A stretch of DNA of 64,000 bases, taken from NCBI RefSeq assembly GCF_018350175.1, contig NC_058368.1, positions 124,498,001 through 124,562,000 of the forward strand, given 5' to 3'. Shown here one piece after another: positions 22,891-37,045 of the stretch. A program made the position numbers and the translations under genes. Source of the DNA: Felis catus. Lineage: Eukaryota. A model generated the notes under the pieces. The model was not told where the DNA came from and ran no database searches. It worked only from the letters and a program-made list of their open reading frames with translations. Each line of letters starts with the position of its first letter. Position 1 is the stretch's first letter.

Positions 22891-25476
22891 CAAAAAGTAC
22901 TTTTCTAAAAAATGTTTGCTGAATGAATGAATTGGTTTTGATGCTCTGTCAATAAGAAAAGTATTTTTAAAATATATAAAAAATCATATTTAGAACATTT
23001 AGTTTTTCACAAAATTATGTCTCTTCCACTAAGATTCAGTAACTCCTGCCATAACCAGGAGATAACCATCCTCATTTGCATACTTTGCAAATTTAACCTT
23101 ACTTGGGGGACTAATGTTACAATTCACTTTCATATTATTGGTATTTTTATCCTTAGTTTCCTCTGGAAGCTGACAGGATTACACCCACCAGCCTATGAAT
23201 GCTAAAGCACTTTGCTCGATAGTGCATAACTACAGCAACCATAATAAATGTCTCCCTTTTGCAAATGCTTTGAATAAACCCAGAATATCATTGGGTTCAG
23301 ATTTTCTGTGGAATAAAGAAAAGTCATTCTATCAAGTTACAGAATATGCTCCTTGGAATAGATTGCACATGACTTAAATTCTTTCTGTCTAGAGAACAGC
23401 TTTGGCAAGTCTCTCCATGTGCACAGGTAAAAGGGAGATATGCTTTCCACCTGGAGAAGAAAACCCTCGAGGTCTATCCTGCAAAGAACAGACACTAGAA
23501 TTGTAGGAAACCCAGAATTTAACAGTTACAACTTTTTTTAAAAAGTGGAAGTGAAAAAGTATCCAATAATTCATTGTTTCTGGACCAGACAAAATAATAA
23601 GGCAAGGCTATGGAATAGTATAATAAGAAAAACAGGAATGTACATTTTCCACAAAGCACTGGACTCTTACATAAGCTTGAAGGCACTGATGCCTCTGGCA
23701 GGGGGTTATACATAGAGTTGAAATGGTTATGTTTTATTAGTGTTTATTATTATTGTGGCCAAACACAATGCTGCCTGCTGCCCTGAGTGCATTTCAAGTG
23801 TAGGCGAAAATCCAGAAGATTTTCTAAAAGAGATGCATACTGACCTATATTACAAATCTACAACAGCATTCGTATATGCACATGTGCACGTACACACACA
23901 TGCACACAGACGCACAGACTCAAAGTGGCATTTTAATCTCTCAGTAGAAACTTTGACTCTTTCATATTCATCTGTACATTCTAGACATTATACAGAGAGA
24001 CAGACATCTGAATTTGGCCGGTGGGAGGGTTGCCCAGTGATTAATTAGATCAGTGCACAGGCTGGGACATGCTGACCTTTTCTGTCCCTGCTAAGCCCAA
24101 GGCCTCTGTTTCTGAGTGTTTCCCTCTCTGTGAACTGTAACAACAGTGATTCTTTCAAAGTGTTTCACAGACTTTACTTCTTATTGCTCCAAGGAGAGGC
24201 CATTATTAGTCTGTCCACTTTACTGATGGAATGAACTGACCTGCTTAGGGACTAGCGGGAATTAGCATACAAACTGGAATTACAACTTTGGTGCCTTTCG
24301 ACCTTGTCCTCCACAGTGGCCACTTAGGACAAGTCTGTTGCAGCTCTTTTCTCCCCCTGCCCTGTCTCTGTAGAGGGAACCCACACTAAGAATACATTCC
24401 TATTGGTTTTGCTCTGTTTATGGTACTTTTGATGTTGTGAAGTGTGGATGTGTTCTGTATGAGGCTGACAAAGGTTTACTACTGATTGAAAGTAAAGAAC
24501 TGGTCTGTCAGGTTCTGTACATCCTAGGACTTGAAAGCCAGACAGATAGGTAATGCTGGATGTTAGCAAATGGGATGTGGAGATTTAAAAAATCCTCGTG
24601 TATAGTTGATGAGAGATAATGTTCTCCTAACATCTCACCGACCACAACTTAGTCTCATGGCCCCCTAACTGCAAGGGGGTATTTGAAGTCATCTTTATTT
24701 CAGATAACCATATGTTCAGCTATAATAAGGGCACTTTTACCATAGAAGCAAGGAATAAACCACACTAGAAGAGAGCCAGAAAGTGCCGTCTCCCATATTA
24801 GAATGTTTTTTTCAAATTACTACTAAGAAGCAAACAACCAGGAAGGAGAGGGAGTGTTAAACCATCAAACATATGCCTTTTCTGCAGTACTTAAAATTAA
24901 ACTGAGCATTTGAGATCTTTCCCTGGTTATTTTTACTGTGTCTTTTTATTTTACTTATTTGTATTGGACCTCAGATACTGAGGGCTGGCTGAATCATGAC
25001 ATATTATCCTCATTACTCACGCCACGTCCTGCTCTTGCTTCATTTCTTGTTGCTTTCTGGGTAGTCCTTAATAACTGCCCCCTTCCCCATTCCCACATTA
25101 AGCTATACCCTGAATGGGTTTGATACCTATCTTTGGAATTGTGTGTTTCCTTATAAATTGTCCAGTATTTTTTGCATGTCTGTGTTTTCACTCTACTTAA
25201 ATTATATTGTGCTTAGAAAAACTCGGTTCTTTTCCTTATTTTTTGCACCCATCATGTTTTTAAGATTTCTTTGTGTATCTAATTTTTTGCTTCTAACTAC
25301 ATATTGTATTCCAAAATTCACCACCCTTCGATAATCAACTGCCTTGGTTATGGGCTCTTAATTTGCTACTCAATTCTCCACTGGCCCAGCAACTGCAATG
25401 ATACACATGTGTATCTATACTCTTAAGGACCTGCGTGAGAATTTCTCAAGAATGGTGTTACTGAAAAACATAAGAT

Positions 25477-25682
25477 GGAGCACCTGGGTGGCTCAGTTGG
25501 TCAAGCATCTGCCTTTGGTTCAGATCATGATCTCACAGTTCATGAGTTAAAGCCCCACACTGGGTTCTGTGCTGATAGTGTAGAGCCTGCTTGGGATTTT
25601 CTCTCTCTCCCTCTCTCTCTGACCCTCCCCTGCCTGTGCTCTCTATCTCTCTCTCAAAAATAAATAAACATTTGAAAAAACA
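25477..25682 (+). mobile_element. CanSINE, older
   Basis: SINE head 'ggagcacctgggtggctcagttgg', CT tract, AATAAA tail; degenerate TSD ending taagat. Confidence 0.92.
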
Positions 25683-25689
25683 AAAAGTA

Positions 25690-26460
25690 AGATACATACA
25701 CATTAGTTGACTAGGCACTGCCACATTTTTCTCCGGAATGTCTGAACTGGGCTGTATTCCCACCAGCAATACAGAAAAGTTTGTGTCATCGTGTATTTTC
25801 CCCTACACTTCACATTATCAAATTTCTAACTTACGATTTTATAGGAATAAAGTAGTATATTATGGCTGCTTTAATGCATTTTAAGTGCATTTTAATGCAT
25901 TTCCCCAATTATTATTCATTTTATCATGTCTTCACATATGTACTAGCCATTTGGATTTCTTCTTACATGACTTTCCTTTTTTACCTTGCCCATTTTTTGC
26001 AATGATTTTTTTTGTTTTTTTCTTACTGATTTGCAAGAATCTTTGTATACTATCCATATAAACCAATTGCCAATTAAGTCATTGTAAATATTTAGTTGAT
26101 GATGATAATCCTTCTTCCAATTTGCCATCCTCTCTGACCATTATGGTCAAAGACTTTCATCTTTTTAGAATCCCCTTCTTCATTTTGAGCCACAAAAATA
26201 TTCTTTTATGGTTTATTCTACTATCTGTGTGGTTTTACCTTCATATTTAGATCTTTGATCCAGCTAAAGTCTTCTTTTATATAGGTATAAAGTATTGATC
26301 CTGTTGTTTTGTTTTGTTTTTTATGTAGTGACCCAGATTTCCTCACATCATCACTAAACTATTGATCTGGATTAGCACCATTTTCTTAGGCCAAGTTCCC
26401 CGATACAGGGTCTGAAATCTCTTTCTCTCTGAGATCTCCATTCCATTCTAAGTCTGTTGT
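25690..26460 (-). mobile_element. Old L1M ORF2 3' fragment
   Basis: Antisense L1 motifs 'attcccaccagcaat', 'tagccatttggatttcttctt', 'ttgcccatttttt', 'atttagatctttgatcc'. Confidence 0.65.
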
Positions 26461-26506
26461 CTTAGAATCTAGAAACCAGTTCTATATTTTTAAGAGTAGA
26501 TAGAGT

Positions 26507-26507
<1 letters not shown>

Positions 26508-26550
<43 letters not shown>
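26508..26550. repeat. (CA)n microsatellite
   Basis: Directly visible. Confidence 0.95.
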
Positions 26551-26552
<2 letters not shown>

Positions 26553-27039
26553 GACTGCATAGGTACAGTGAAGCATTGTCCTAAAGGTGGATTTGACTGG
26601 ATTAACCTGGAAAATGTGGGATTTGATAAGTGACTCTGTGTGCCACATAAATGACAAGAAAATAGGAAAACAAAGTAAACCAGGATTCCAGCATCTACCT
26701 TTGACCTCAAGGATGATTGAATTTAGAATGGGTTAAAAAAATTATACTGTAAAAAACTATAAGCTCTAATATTAAAGATCTGATATCAGTCAAAATTTCA
26801 AGTATTCCCATGCAAATGGATTAAGTATAGTTCATGGTAAAGTTTGTGATGTTCCTCTCTTAAGAGGAGAAGTAAATTTGGGTAGGATATTTAACCTTAT
26901 GAAAACATTTTAAGATAATTTCCTTTAAAATTGCTTTGTGGCAGGATGGTTCAACTCTTCCTGTAACTTCTAAAAACTTCTATTAATTAAAAATAATAAA
27001 ACAGTCTTGTGACTCTTAAAGTCTCCTCCTTCGATATCT

Positions 27040-27680
27040 GCCTTGAGAAGGAGCCAACTTGGATTTATATCTGCAGAAAAAAAGCCTGAGAGGAATATTG
27101 ATATGGTGGAGTCTGGGCTGACACTCTTGGTTGTTTACCAGACAAGCATTCCCCCTCTGTCCACTGGGCTCAGGAAGTGGAGCCAAGGAGGTCAGAGAAA
27201 AGCAACTGCTCCCCTGGGTCAGAAGGACTGAGAATGTGGAAGCCCCTGAAGGTGATTCCATTCCCCTATATTGTGACTGATGTAAAGGAACCATGTGATC
27301 TACTTTGGAGCATTCAGGTATAGAGGAAGTGTACTGAGGTTTCTGGGGAAGACTTCCTCCCTAATTACAGAAAAAGATTAAGAGGGACCCTGACCAAATG
27401 CAGCTGCTGAGAAGGTAGTGCTTGGAACTGTGGCGGCCATATTGTGAACATAAGAGAGGAAGACAACTCTGACCAAATGAGGAATGAGCCTCGGAAAAAT
27501 GGAAAGGTCTGGTTCCTTGATATCCTCATCAGGCTCCAGAATAGGCCCTATTTCTGGGCTTCTTGTTGGGTAGAGAGAAAATAAACCCCTCTATTTTAAG
27601 CAACTTTTATGTAAGCTTTCAAGAGAAAACAAACTAGTAAAGAATCAACACCAGTCTGTTTGCTTATCCAGATTCCCAGC
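27040..27680 (+). mobile_element. Old MaLR (MLT1-type) solo LTR
   Basis: 'ggaactgtggcggccatattgtgaacat...ttccttgatatc...tttctgggcttcttg...aataaacccct...ttttaagc' matches the old MLT1 LTR pattern. Confidence 0.55.
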
Positions 27681-28521
27681 AAATACAGTATCTGTTCTAA
27701 AGTGAACAAAGGCTAGTTATACCAATGTGGTTAGAGTCACTTACATTCATTTTACTAATCATCTACTATGTGCCAGGCTTCGTACTATGTACTGGGAACT
27801 TGAACATGAAAAACAAATAGTCTCTTATCTAAAAAAGTCCTGTGCAGTAAAATTTAAAGGAAAGGCCTGAAACTTCCAGGGAATATTGAATTTTCTTGTT
27901 GAAATAGGATTGTTCTGACCACACTTCTGAGTTTAGTGTGCTAGGGTTGGGAAAGATGTATGAGAAGCTAGAAATAATAAAAATCACATATAACAATATC
28001 CCATAAGGAAGCGTTGCCTTAAGAATAGGCTGACTGGCAGGCACCTAAATGGCATAACTTCAGAAGCTCTAGAAAAGTTTTTTTACCCCAAATCCCATCC
28101 CCCCCAACCCCCAACACCTAAATCCAATACCTTGAGATTCATTCCTTTGGCTTATGGATTTGTCATTTGCTAAACTCTGAGTATCCCTGGAAGGCAATAT
28201 ATTATTTTTTTTGCATCACTTAAAAGAAAAATTAGAGCCATCATGAAAGTTCTGAGGACCTGAAGAAAGGTGGGTAGAAGTGGAAGGAGAAGAAATAGGG
28301 ACCCATAAGGAGTCTGGAGGATACTGAGGTGATTCACATTTTAGCTCAGGGTCAGTAATCCCTAAAAGGGCATGTGATCTGTAATTTTTCTGACTATTCC
28401 TTTTTTTGGCTTGGCTTTTCTTTGGTTTATGCTAAATTAAGACTTCATCCCAAAAGGTATAGAAGTTTTCAGATAAAGATCCAATTGGTCACTCTAGTGT
28501 AGAAATCAAGTAGAAGAGGGT

Positions 28522-28524
<3 letters not shown>

Positions 28525-28574
<50 letters not shown>
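28525..28574. repeat. (GA)n microsatellite
   Basis: Directly visible. Confidence 0.95.
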
Positions 28575-28577
<3 letters not shown>

Positions 28578-31500
28578 TATTCTGCTATTCACAGCTCTTC
28601 CAAATACCCCCCAGTGAAACAATGGGGTGAAGCCCCTGGTATTCCAGCCTCTAACCTGGAAATGTATAATTATGCAAAAATGTAAACAAAAAATGCCCCA
28701 ACTGAGAAGGAGGCCAGAGAGTGGTTTCATTGAACTTGAAGGTTCAGAGCAGACATTTCCAAATGTCTCAAGACTACGCTTGCAGAGCACTACAAGATTG
28801 CCCCCCTAGGTACACTTCCTCCCCCTACCTACACTTTCTCCCCTTGTCAGCAACCCTTATGTCCTTACATTTCCCTGTTGCCCAAAGAATCTCTGTCCAG
28901 TGACTGTACTTTGACTTCCTCCTAGAAAGTCTGATCGGTCTACAATGGGCTTCAGCCCTGAAGGCCTCATTCTGACCTAACCATTGTAGTGAAACTGAAG
29001 CATACATAGAGAAGAAAAATTCTGACATGTATGGATGAGAAGAGCACTGACTTGTCTAAGCAAAAGTGAAGTTTTCCCTTATCTGAATAAGACATTTTCC
29101 TTCTTCTGCGGATCAAGATGCTCTGGCTCCTGATTATTCATTTCCTTCTCTAAGCATTCCTTAGGCCCCTCCTGTGAGCTAGGCAGCAAGGTAGGCAGGG
29201 AGGGCCCAGTGATTAAGCCCTACAGGCAGTCTCCCTTCTTGAATAGCTTCCACTCTATTGAGAAGCCCCTGAAAAAGTGTAACAAGTGTTAGAAAGAAGG
29301 ATTCTTAGAATGTACACCAGAGAAACCATACAGAGTGAGTGATACACAGTTCTCCCAAAGGAGAAGGAGGTGCACCATGAGGCAAAGAGGGGAAAAGACA
29401 TCAGATGAATAAAACAGCAGCCAGTAGCTGTTTACTGTAATGAGGGATTCAGACCATACACATGGACAGACTTACCTAAGAGGGCATCCAGTGGGGGAAA
29501 TGAGCTGGGAAGTGGGCTGGAACCAAGGCAGGGCTTGGCTGGACCAGAGGAAAAGGGCCTCTGGAAGGAAGGCAGAGAGAGGAACAAGCACATTGCAGTG
29601 ATGGACAGTGAAGGGTTCTGCTGGAAAGAACCCCAGGGCCAATACTAGGAAGCAGTGGGAAATAAAGTAGCTTGAGCAAGTGCAACCTATAAAAATGTTT
29701 CTAATTCAATTACCTGTAAAAATTGTATCTTTCTTCTAACCACAATATCTCAGTTATTGGACACAGAGGTATTAGCTTTTTACTTAAAATGACTAACGGT
29801 ATCTACTGATGATTTCATTCCTTCCCACATGCAATGTGTACCTCTTTATCATGCAAATAGGTACATAATCTCACACATATGCTTCCTCATCTGGACAGCA
29901 GAGGGAGGGGAGATGGAGGGTCCTAGGAATAAAGAACCAATTCCTCACCCCTTGCATGGAGCCCTGCGGCCACTCCCTCTAGTCTGCTCTCTGGCTTTAA
30001 TTAGTGAAACCCTATCTTTTGGAGATATGCCTCTTAAAGGAACACAAAAAACGCTACCAAAAGACTCTAAAGGCTATTAATGCATTTTTCAAAAGCTGAA
30101 AGCACATAAAATCTGCAAATTTTATAAACAAACACTGAGAAAAACATGATGAGAACCAGAACTCTAAGCAATTCTACTCAAACCCAGTGCTAGGCTGCCT
30201 TTCTAAAAATTCCCAGACTCGCCAGTGGAAATGTTTGAGAAGTACAAGAGCATTTTCCTGCCCTACACTTAGAGGTCCGTTGTGTTCATGAGCTGAAATG
30301 CCTGGGGGTTACCAAGCAAGAGGGGGAAACTGGGTCTTTAAAAAAAAAATAACCTCTCCCTACGCTTCAGTCACAAAGAGAATTTTGTAATTAAATTGCA
30401 TAGAGATGTAACTTCACCACCTGCTGTGCTAGGTCTGCAGATACTTGGTTTTGTTCCAGGACTTCTTCATGGCCCAGGGATTTTCCAGGTCTCTTGCTGT
30501 GTGGGGTTTAAAGTGACTAGTACTCTCCAATGAGTTGGAAGTGGCTTGGGGCAGTGCAAGGGGGTGGGGACAGTGGAGGATATGAAGACCTGACAGGGAA
30601 GACAGGAAAATGCCCTTTTCCTGAAAGATTTCTCCCAGATCCAGGACACCCTCTATCCCTAGACATTGAAGGATAAGGCACCCAGAACAAGACTACAGTT
30701 AGTCTAGGAGCTGGTTCTTCCAGTGACTAGTTTAGCAAGTCACTTCACCAATCTGGGTCTTACTTCCTTATTTGCAAAATTCCTCTTCTGACCAAACAAT
30801 GCAGTTCTTACACGCTCTGATACAATGACCTGGATGCAAATCCTAGAGCTACTAGGGTGAAGGAGCAGTCAATATCCACTGCGAGTGTGTTCACAGGACT
30901 CAGAATAAGTGGTATTTCTGACGGAAAGGCACTCTGAGGCAGCAGGAGTGGATAAGGTATGAAGGATTTGTAAAGTATTACCAGATGGTGGAGGCTTAAG
31001 AGGACACAGTACTCTCCTCCCTTAGAATGCCCACCAGGTGCCCTTTTATGCTAAGGCCCACCTGTGCAAATCCAGCGTCCAAAGTAGCCACCCCTGATGA
31101 AGCGATCATCAACGGTGCCTTCTGGAGGACTGGGGCTCCTTCAGTGTCCTGAAAATGTGCCTCTGTTTTCTATCAGCCTGAAGAGCTTGACTTAATAAGT
31201 ACTTTCTTTTTTGAAGGTCCACAAACATCTACCTCCCTCTCCCTAAGCCTGACATTATTACAATAAGACTTCCTTTTCCTAATTATCCCCCCTTGTCCTC
31301 TCTGAAAACCAAGGAAACACTGAAAACCCAAGTCTGAAAGGGCAGTTGTCATCTTGCCGTCACTTTAAGACTTCAACCCACTTAGCTTAGACTAGAATAG
31401 GGCAATCATTTTCAACAGTCACCAGGCTGAGTGAAAAATGACACTGCTCCCCCTACTCCATTGCAAAGGAGCAGTGCAGGTAGATGAATTAAGTCATAAA

Positions 31501-31789
31501 TCTTGGCAACCTCTCCCACCTCACTCATTATTTCCTTATTTAACCCTTTAAACCTGCTTACCTGATCAAATAAGGCCTTAAGGCCCAGTCATCAATGTCT
31601 GGGGTAGAGAAGGTATTTGCTCTTACCCTTGGAACTGTGTTTGTTCCTTGAGTGTGAAACCTACTGAAGGATCTCTAGTTAGTCACACGACCAAACATAC
31701 ATTCATTCAAAGGTATATAAATGCACAGGTTTGGGAGTGGCAGAACAAATAGTTTCCCTTTGGTCATTTCTCAAAATTACAGGAGCAAA

Positions 31790-32580
31790 TTTTTTTTTTA
31801 ATTAGTTAATTAATTATTTTTTTTTTAATTTGGATCTAAGTTAGCATATTGTGCAACAATGATTTCAGGGGTAGATTCTTTGATGCCCTTACCCATTTAA
31901 TCCATCCCCTCTCCCACAACCCCTCCAGTAACCCTCTGTTTCTTCTCCGTACTTAAGAGTCTCTTACGTTTCGTCCCCCTCCCTGTTTTTATATTCTTTT
32001 TGCTTCCCTTCCCTTGTGTTCATCTGTTTTGTGTCTTAAAGTCCTCATATGAGTGAAGTCATATGATAATTGTCTTTGACTAATTTCCCTTAGCATAGTA
32101 CCCTCCATTCCATCCATGTAGTTGCAAATGGCAAGATTTCATTCTTTTTGATTGCTGAGTAATACTCCATTGTATATATGTACCACATCTTCTTTATCTA
32201 TTCATCCATAGATGGACATTTGGGGTATTTCCATACTTTGGCTATTGTTGATAGTGCTACTAAAAACATTGGGGTGCGTGTGTCCCTTCAAAACAGCACA
32301 CCTATATCCTTTGGATAAATACCTAGTAGTGCAATTGCTGGGTCATGGGATAGTTCTATTTTTAACTTTTTGAGGAGCCTCCATACTGTTTTCCAGAGTG
32401 GCTGCACCAGCTTGCATTCCCACCAACATTGCAAAAGAGATCCTCTTTCTCCGCATCCTCGCCAACATCCGGTGTTTCCTGAGTTGTTCACGTGAGCCAT
32501 TCTGACAGGTGTGAGGTGGTATCTCATGGTGGTTTTGATTTGTATTTCCCTGATGGTGAGTGATGTTGAGCTTTTTTTCA
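31790..32580 (-). mobile_element. 5'-truncated feline L1 (ORF2 C-terminus, 3'UTR, tail)
   Basis: Minus-strand ORF contains [50 protein letters not shown]. The 3'UTR closely matches the reverse complement of 14700-14920, and a T-rich tail lies at 31790-31830. Confidence 0.95.
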
Positions 32581-33139
32581 AGTTTTTATTTTCTATGTGC
32601 CTATAATGATTGGTCTTATAAAGAGACAAATCAGTGGCAGCCTGCACGATAGTACTGGGTAAATGCTTTCCAATGGGAAAAAGGCCAGTGCTTTTAAAAA
32701 TATCTCCCACTGTCTCCGACATTGCTCAGTTAGGTGAATCTCCTCCTTTTAAACCTTTGTTTCTATTACACACAGCTACACTTAGGGCAGCAATGAACAA
32801 ACTTTTTGCACAAGGGCCAATTCAAGAAAAATAAGATGCTTAGGAGTCAATTATTTTAAAAACTACAACAGAAACAGAAGTTTTTTAAATCAGGAAATTC
32901 AATCTGTGCAAGTGTATTTAAGCATTTTAAAGTTTCATCTTATAGCTAAAAGCCCAAGAACCATATGATTAGTTTGCACTGCAGAATCTGACTTCAATAT
33001 TGCACTTTGAATAAATTGTATTGCTGAGTAAGACAGTTTTGGAGCTGGCTAATTTTGCCTTTCCATAGCAAGCTCATAAGCTATTTGGCTCCTCTCCTTA
33101 TGCTTCTAAATTTTTTCGTCTTCAGTTGTTAAATTCATA

Positions 33140-34180
33140 TGGCTATATTAGCAGTGCCTTCACTTCCCAAGAAGTTCTTCTTGTGCCCATTTATTTTGAA
33201 ATACATAATTTTAACTAGTTGCCTTTCTTTGCTTGTTGGCAGGCATAGCAGGTTCTTAAAAGTTATTCGAAATGCAATCGTCTCCACTTGTATCAATGAA
33301 AATATCTTTTTTTTTTTTATTTCTCAGATTAAGTCAGTTGGTCCCTTGGTATTCACCAACTACCTGCCTTCTGTGGACAGGTGAGAGAGATGGGATGTAC
33401 ATCTTCATTTTTATTAGATCCAGCCAAATTTCTCTCCACAAGGGTGGTTCCAACATATGCCCCTACATGCATAAGTGTTCCTGTTTCCTCACATCCTTGC
33501 CAACTTTTGTTGTTATTTGCAACTTCCTCATTACTTGTGAACTGGAGCATCTTTTCATACATTTATCAACCATTTATATTGCCTCTTATGTGAACCGTTA
33601 ATATCTTTTTCAACTGGATTGACTATCATTTTCTTATTAAGTTATGGGATTCCTTTTTATATAGGGTGCAAATATCTTCCTCAGACTATTTGTTTCTTCT
33701 TTATGATATCCTTTTTCCCAAAGAAGTTTTTCATTTTAATAAAGCTCAAATTTATCCAACTTTCCTCTATGGTTTCTGATTTATGTGTCCTGTACAAGAA
33801 AACTTCTCCTATTCCAATGTCATAATATTCTATGTTTTCTTCCAAAAGTTTTAAAGTTTGCTTTTCACACTTAAATCCTAATATATCTGGAATTTATCTT
33901 GTATACAGAGTGAGGCAGGGATCTAGTTTTATCTTCTCCATCATGCTCACTCTTTCTTATTTTAAGTGTCATTTCTTTTCTTATAGCTGGGGTTTTTTTT
34001 CTTTGTATGTCCTTAATCACAAAATGATTCATGTTAATAAGTTGTTAATTAAATTACTAAGTTATTTTAGTTCCTAGGTTCTAATCCTGTTGCATGTTTT
34101 GTGCCTAATTCTATCTCTTGGAGGACTGTTGCCTGACAATTTGTAATTTTAGAGTGTGAGCTCATCTTCAGCAGGACTTT
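33140..34180 (-). mobile_element. Old L1M fragment(s)
   Basis: Antisense L1 motifs 'gttcctgtttcctcacatccttgccaac', 'gagcatcttttcatacattt', 'gggtgcaaatatcttcc', 'gtgaggcagggatctagttt'. Confidence 0.65.
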
Positions 34181-35259
34181 GCAGGCATACTTTGTTTTAT
34201 TGGGCTTCATTTTAGTACCTTTTACAGGTAATTGTGTGTTGGTTTTTTTTTGTTTGTTTGTTTTTTATAAATGGAAGGCTTATGGCTACCTTGCATTGAA
34301 AAAGTCTATTGGCACCATTTTTTCAAGAGCATTTGCTTACTTTGTGTATCTGTATCACATTTGGGTAATTCTCATATTTCAAACTTTTTCATTAGTATTA
34401 CATTTGCTATGGTGTCTTTGATCACTGACCTTTGATGTTACTATTCTAATTGTTTGTGCAGTGCCACAAACTATGACCATATAAGTTGGCAAACTTAATA
34501 AATAAATGTTAAGTATGTTCTGACTGCTCCACTTACCAGCCATTCCCGCATCTCTCTCTCCCTCTTCTCAGAAACTCCCTGTTTCCTGTAACACAACAAT
34601 ACTGAAATTAGGCCAATTAACAACCCTACAATGGCCTCTAAGTCTTCAAGTCAGATGAAGAGTTATATGTCTCTCACTTTAAGTCAAAAGCTAGAAATGA
34701 TTATGCTCAGTGAGGAAGGCATGATGAAAGCCAAGAGAGGCTGAAAGCTAGGCCTCTTGCTCCAGTTAACCAAAGTGTGAATGCTAAGAGTTCACGAAGA
34801 AAATTAAACGCACTATCCCAGTAGATACATGAATGAGAAGAAAGCAACACAGCCCTATTGCTGACATGAATAAAGTTGTAGTGGTCTGGATAGAAAATCA
34901 AACCAGCCACAACATTCCCTTAAACCAAAGCCTAACCCAGAGCAAGGCCTCAACTCTTCACAATTCTATGAAGGTTAAGAGAGATGAGTAAGCTACAGAA
35001 GAAAAAGTTGAACCTAGTAGAAGTTGGTTCATGAGGTTTAAATAAAGAAGCCATCTCCACAACATAAACATGCAAGGCGAAGCAGCAAGCGCTCATGTAG
35101 AAGCTGCAGCAAGTTCTCTGGAAGATCTAAGATAAATCATGAAAGCGGCTACACTGAACAACATATTTCCAATGTAGATGAAACAGCCTTCTATTAGAAG
35201 AAGATACCATCTAGAGCTTTCATGCCTACAGAAGAGAGGACAATGCCTGGCTTCAAGGC

Positions 35260-35500
35260 TTGAAAGCACAGGCTGACTCTTTTTTCTTAAGGGATAATGC
35301 AGCTGGTGACTTTAAGTTAAAACCAATGCTCATCTATCATTCTGAAAATCTTAATGCCCTTAAGAATTATGCAAAGACTACTCTGTCTGTGCTCTATAAG
35401 TGGAACTACAAAGCCTGGATGATAACATATCTCTTTACAACATGGTCGACTGAATATTTTAGGCCCACTGTGGAGACCTGCTGCTCAGAAAAAAAAGATC
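35260..35500 (+). pseudogene. Tigger1 transposase DDE-domain fragment, inactive
   Basis: ORF 35260..35526 matches the pogo/Tigger DDE region until the L1 insertion at about 35503; flanking frames contain stops. Confidence 0.85.
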
Positions 35501-35502
35501 CC

Positions 35503-35939
35503 CCCCCTTTTCTTTTTAATATATGAAGTTTATTGTCAAATTGGTTTCCATACAACACCCAGTGCTCATCCCAGAAGGTGCCCTCCTCAATACCCATCAC
35601 CCTCCCTCTCCTCCCTCCCCCCCCCCATCAACCCTCAGTTTGTTCTCAGTTTTTAAGAGTCTCTTATGCTTTGGCTCTCTCCCACTCTAACCTCCTTTTT
35701 TTTTTTCCTTCCCCTCCCCCATGGGTTTCTGCTAAGTTTCTCAGGATCCACATAAGAGTGAAAACATATGGTATCTGTCTTTCTCTGTATGGCTTATTTC
35801 ACTTAGCATCACACTCTCCAGTTCCATCCATGTTGCTACAAAGGGCCATATTTCATTCTTTCTCATTGCCACGTAGTACTCCATTGTGTATATAAACCAG
35901 AATTTCTTTATCCATTCATCAGTTGATGGACATTTAGGC
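35503..35939 (-). mobile_element. Short 5'-truncated feline L1 inside Tigger1
   Basis: Minus ORF PKCPSTDEWIKK..MEYY..ATWMELESVMLSEISHTEKDRYHMFSL; TSD aaaagatccc at 35493-35502 and 35940-35949. Its 3'UTR differs from that of the 9.8 kb L1. Confidence 0.95.
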
Positions 35940-36765
35940 AAAAGATCCCTTTCAAAATATTATTGCTCAATGCACCTGGTTACCTGAGAGCCCTGATGGA
36001 GACGAATATTGTTTCCATGCCTGCTCACATAACAATTATTCTGTAACTCTCAGATCAAGGGATAATTTCTACTTTCAAGTCTTCTTATTAAAGAAATACA
36101 TTTCATAGGCTATAGCTGCCATAAATAGTGATTCTTCTGATGGATCTGGGCAGTGTAAATTAAACACCTCTGGAAAGGATTCACCATTCCAGATGCCATT
36201 AAGGAACATTTTCGATTTGTGGGAAGAGGTTGATTCCAGCCATCATGGATGACTCTGAGGGGTTCAGAACTTCAGTGGAAGAAGTAATTGCAGACATGCT
36301 AAGAAATACCAAGAGAACTAGAATTGGAAGCAGAATCTCAAGATGTGACCCAATTGCTGCAATCTCATGATAAAACTTGAATGGAAAAGTTGTTTCTTAT
36401 GGATAAATGCAAGAAAGTGGTTTCCTGAACTGGAATCTACTCGTGGTGAAGATGCCTTGAAGATTGTTGAAATGACAACAAAGGATTTAGAATATTACAT
36501 CAACTCAGTTGATGGAGCAGTGGCAGCATTTTAGAGGACTGACTCCAATTTTGCAATAAGTTCTACTGTGGGTACAATGCTAACAAACAGCATCACATGC
36601 TACAGAGAAATCATTTGTGAAAACAAGAATCCATTGATGCAGCAAAATTCACTGTTGTCTTATTTTAAGAAATTGCCACAGCTACCTCCAACTTCAGCAG
36701 CCATCTCCCTGATCAGTCCTCCCATCAGCAAAGACCTTCCACCAGCAAAAAGATTATGACTCTCT

Positions 36766-36979
36766 GGGGCGCCTGGGTGGCCCAGTCGGTTAGGTGGCCG
36801 ACTTCGGCTCAGGTCATGATCTCACGGTCCGGGAGTTCGAGCCCTGCGTCGGGCTCTGTGCTGACTGCTCAGAGCCTGGAGCCTGTTTCAGATTCTGTGT
36901 CTCCCTCTCTCTCTGACCCTCCCCTGTTCATGCTCTCTCTCTGTCTGAAAAATAAATAAACGTTAAAAAAAATTAAAAA
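36766..36979 (+). mobile_element. CanSINE (SINEC_Fc-type) inside Tigger1
   Basis: Perfect 19-bp TSD aaaaagattatgactctct at 36747-36765 and 36980-36998. Confidence 0.97.
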
Positions 36980-37045
36980 AAAAAGATTATGACTCTCTAA
37001 AAGCTCAGGTGATGATTAGCATTTTTTAGCAATAAAGCAATTTTT

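Noticed and set aside
31031..31044. CTCF-like motif ccaccaggtgccct
   Set aside because: Lacks the conserved GGC core at the 3' side; too weak without ChIP data.
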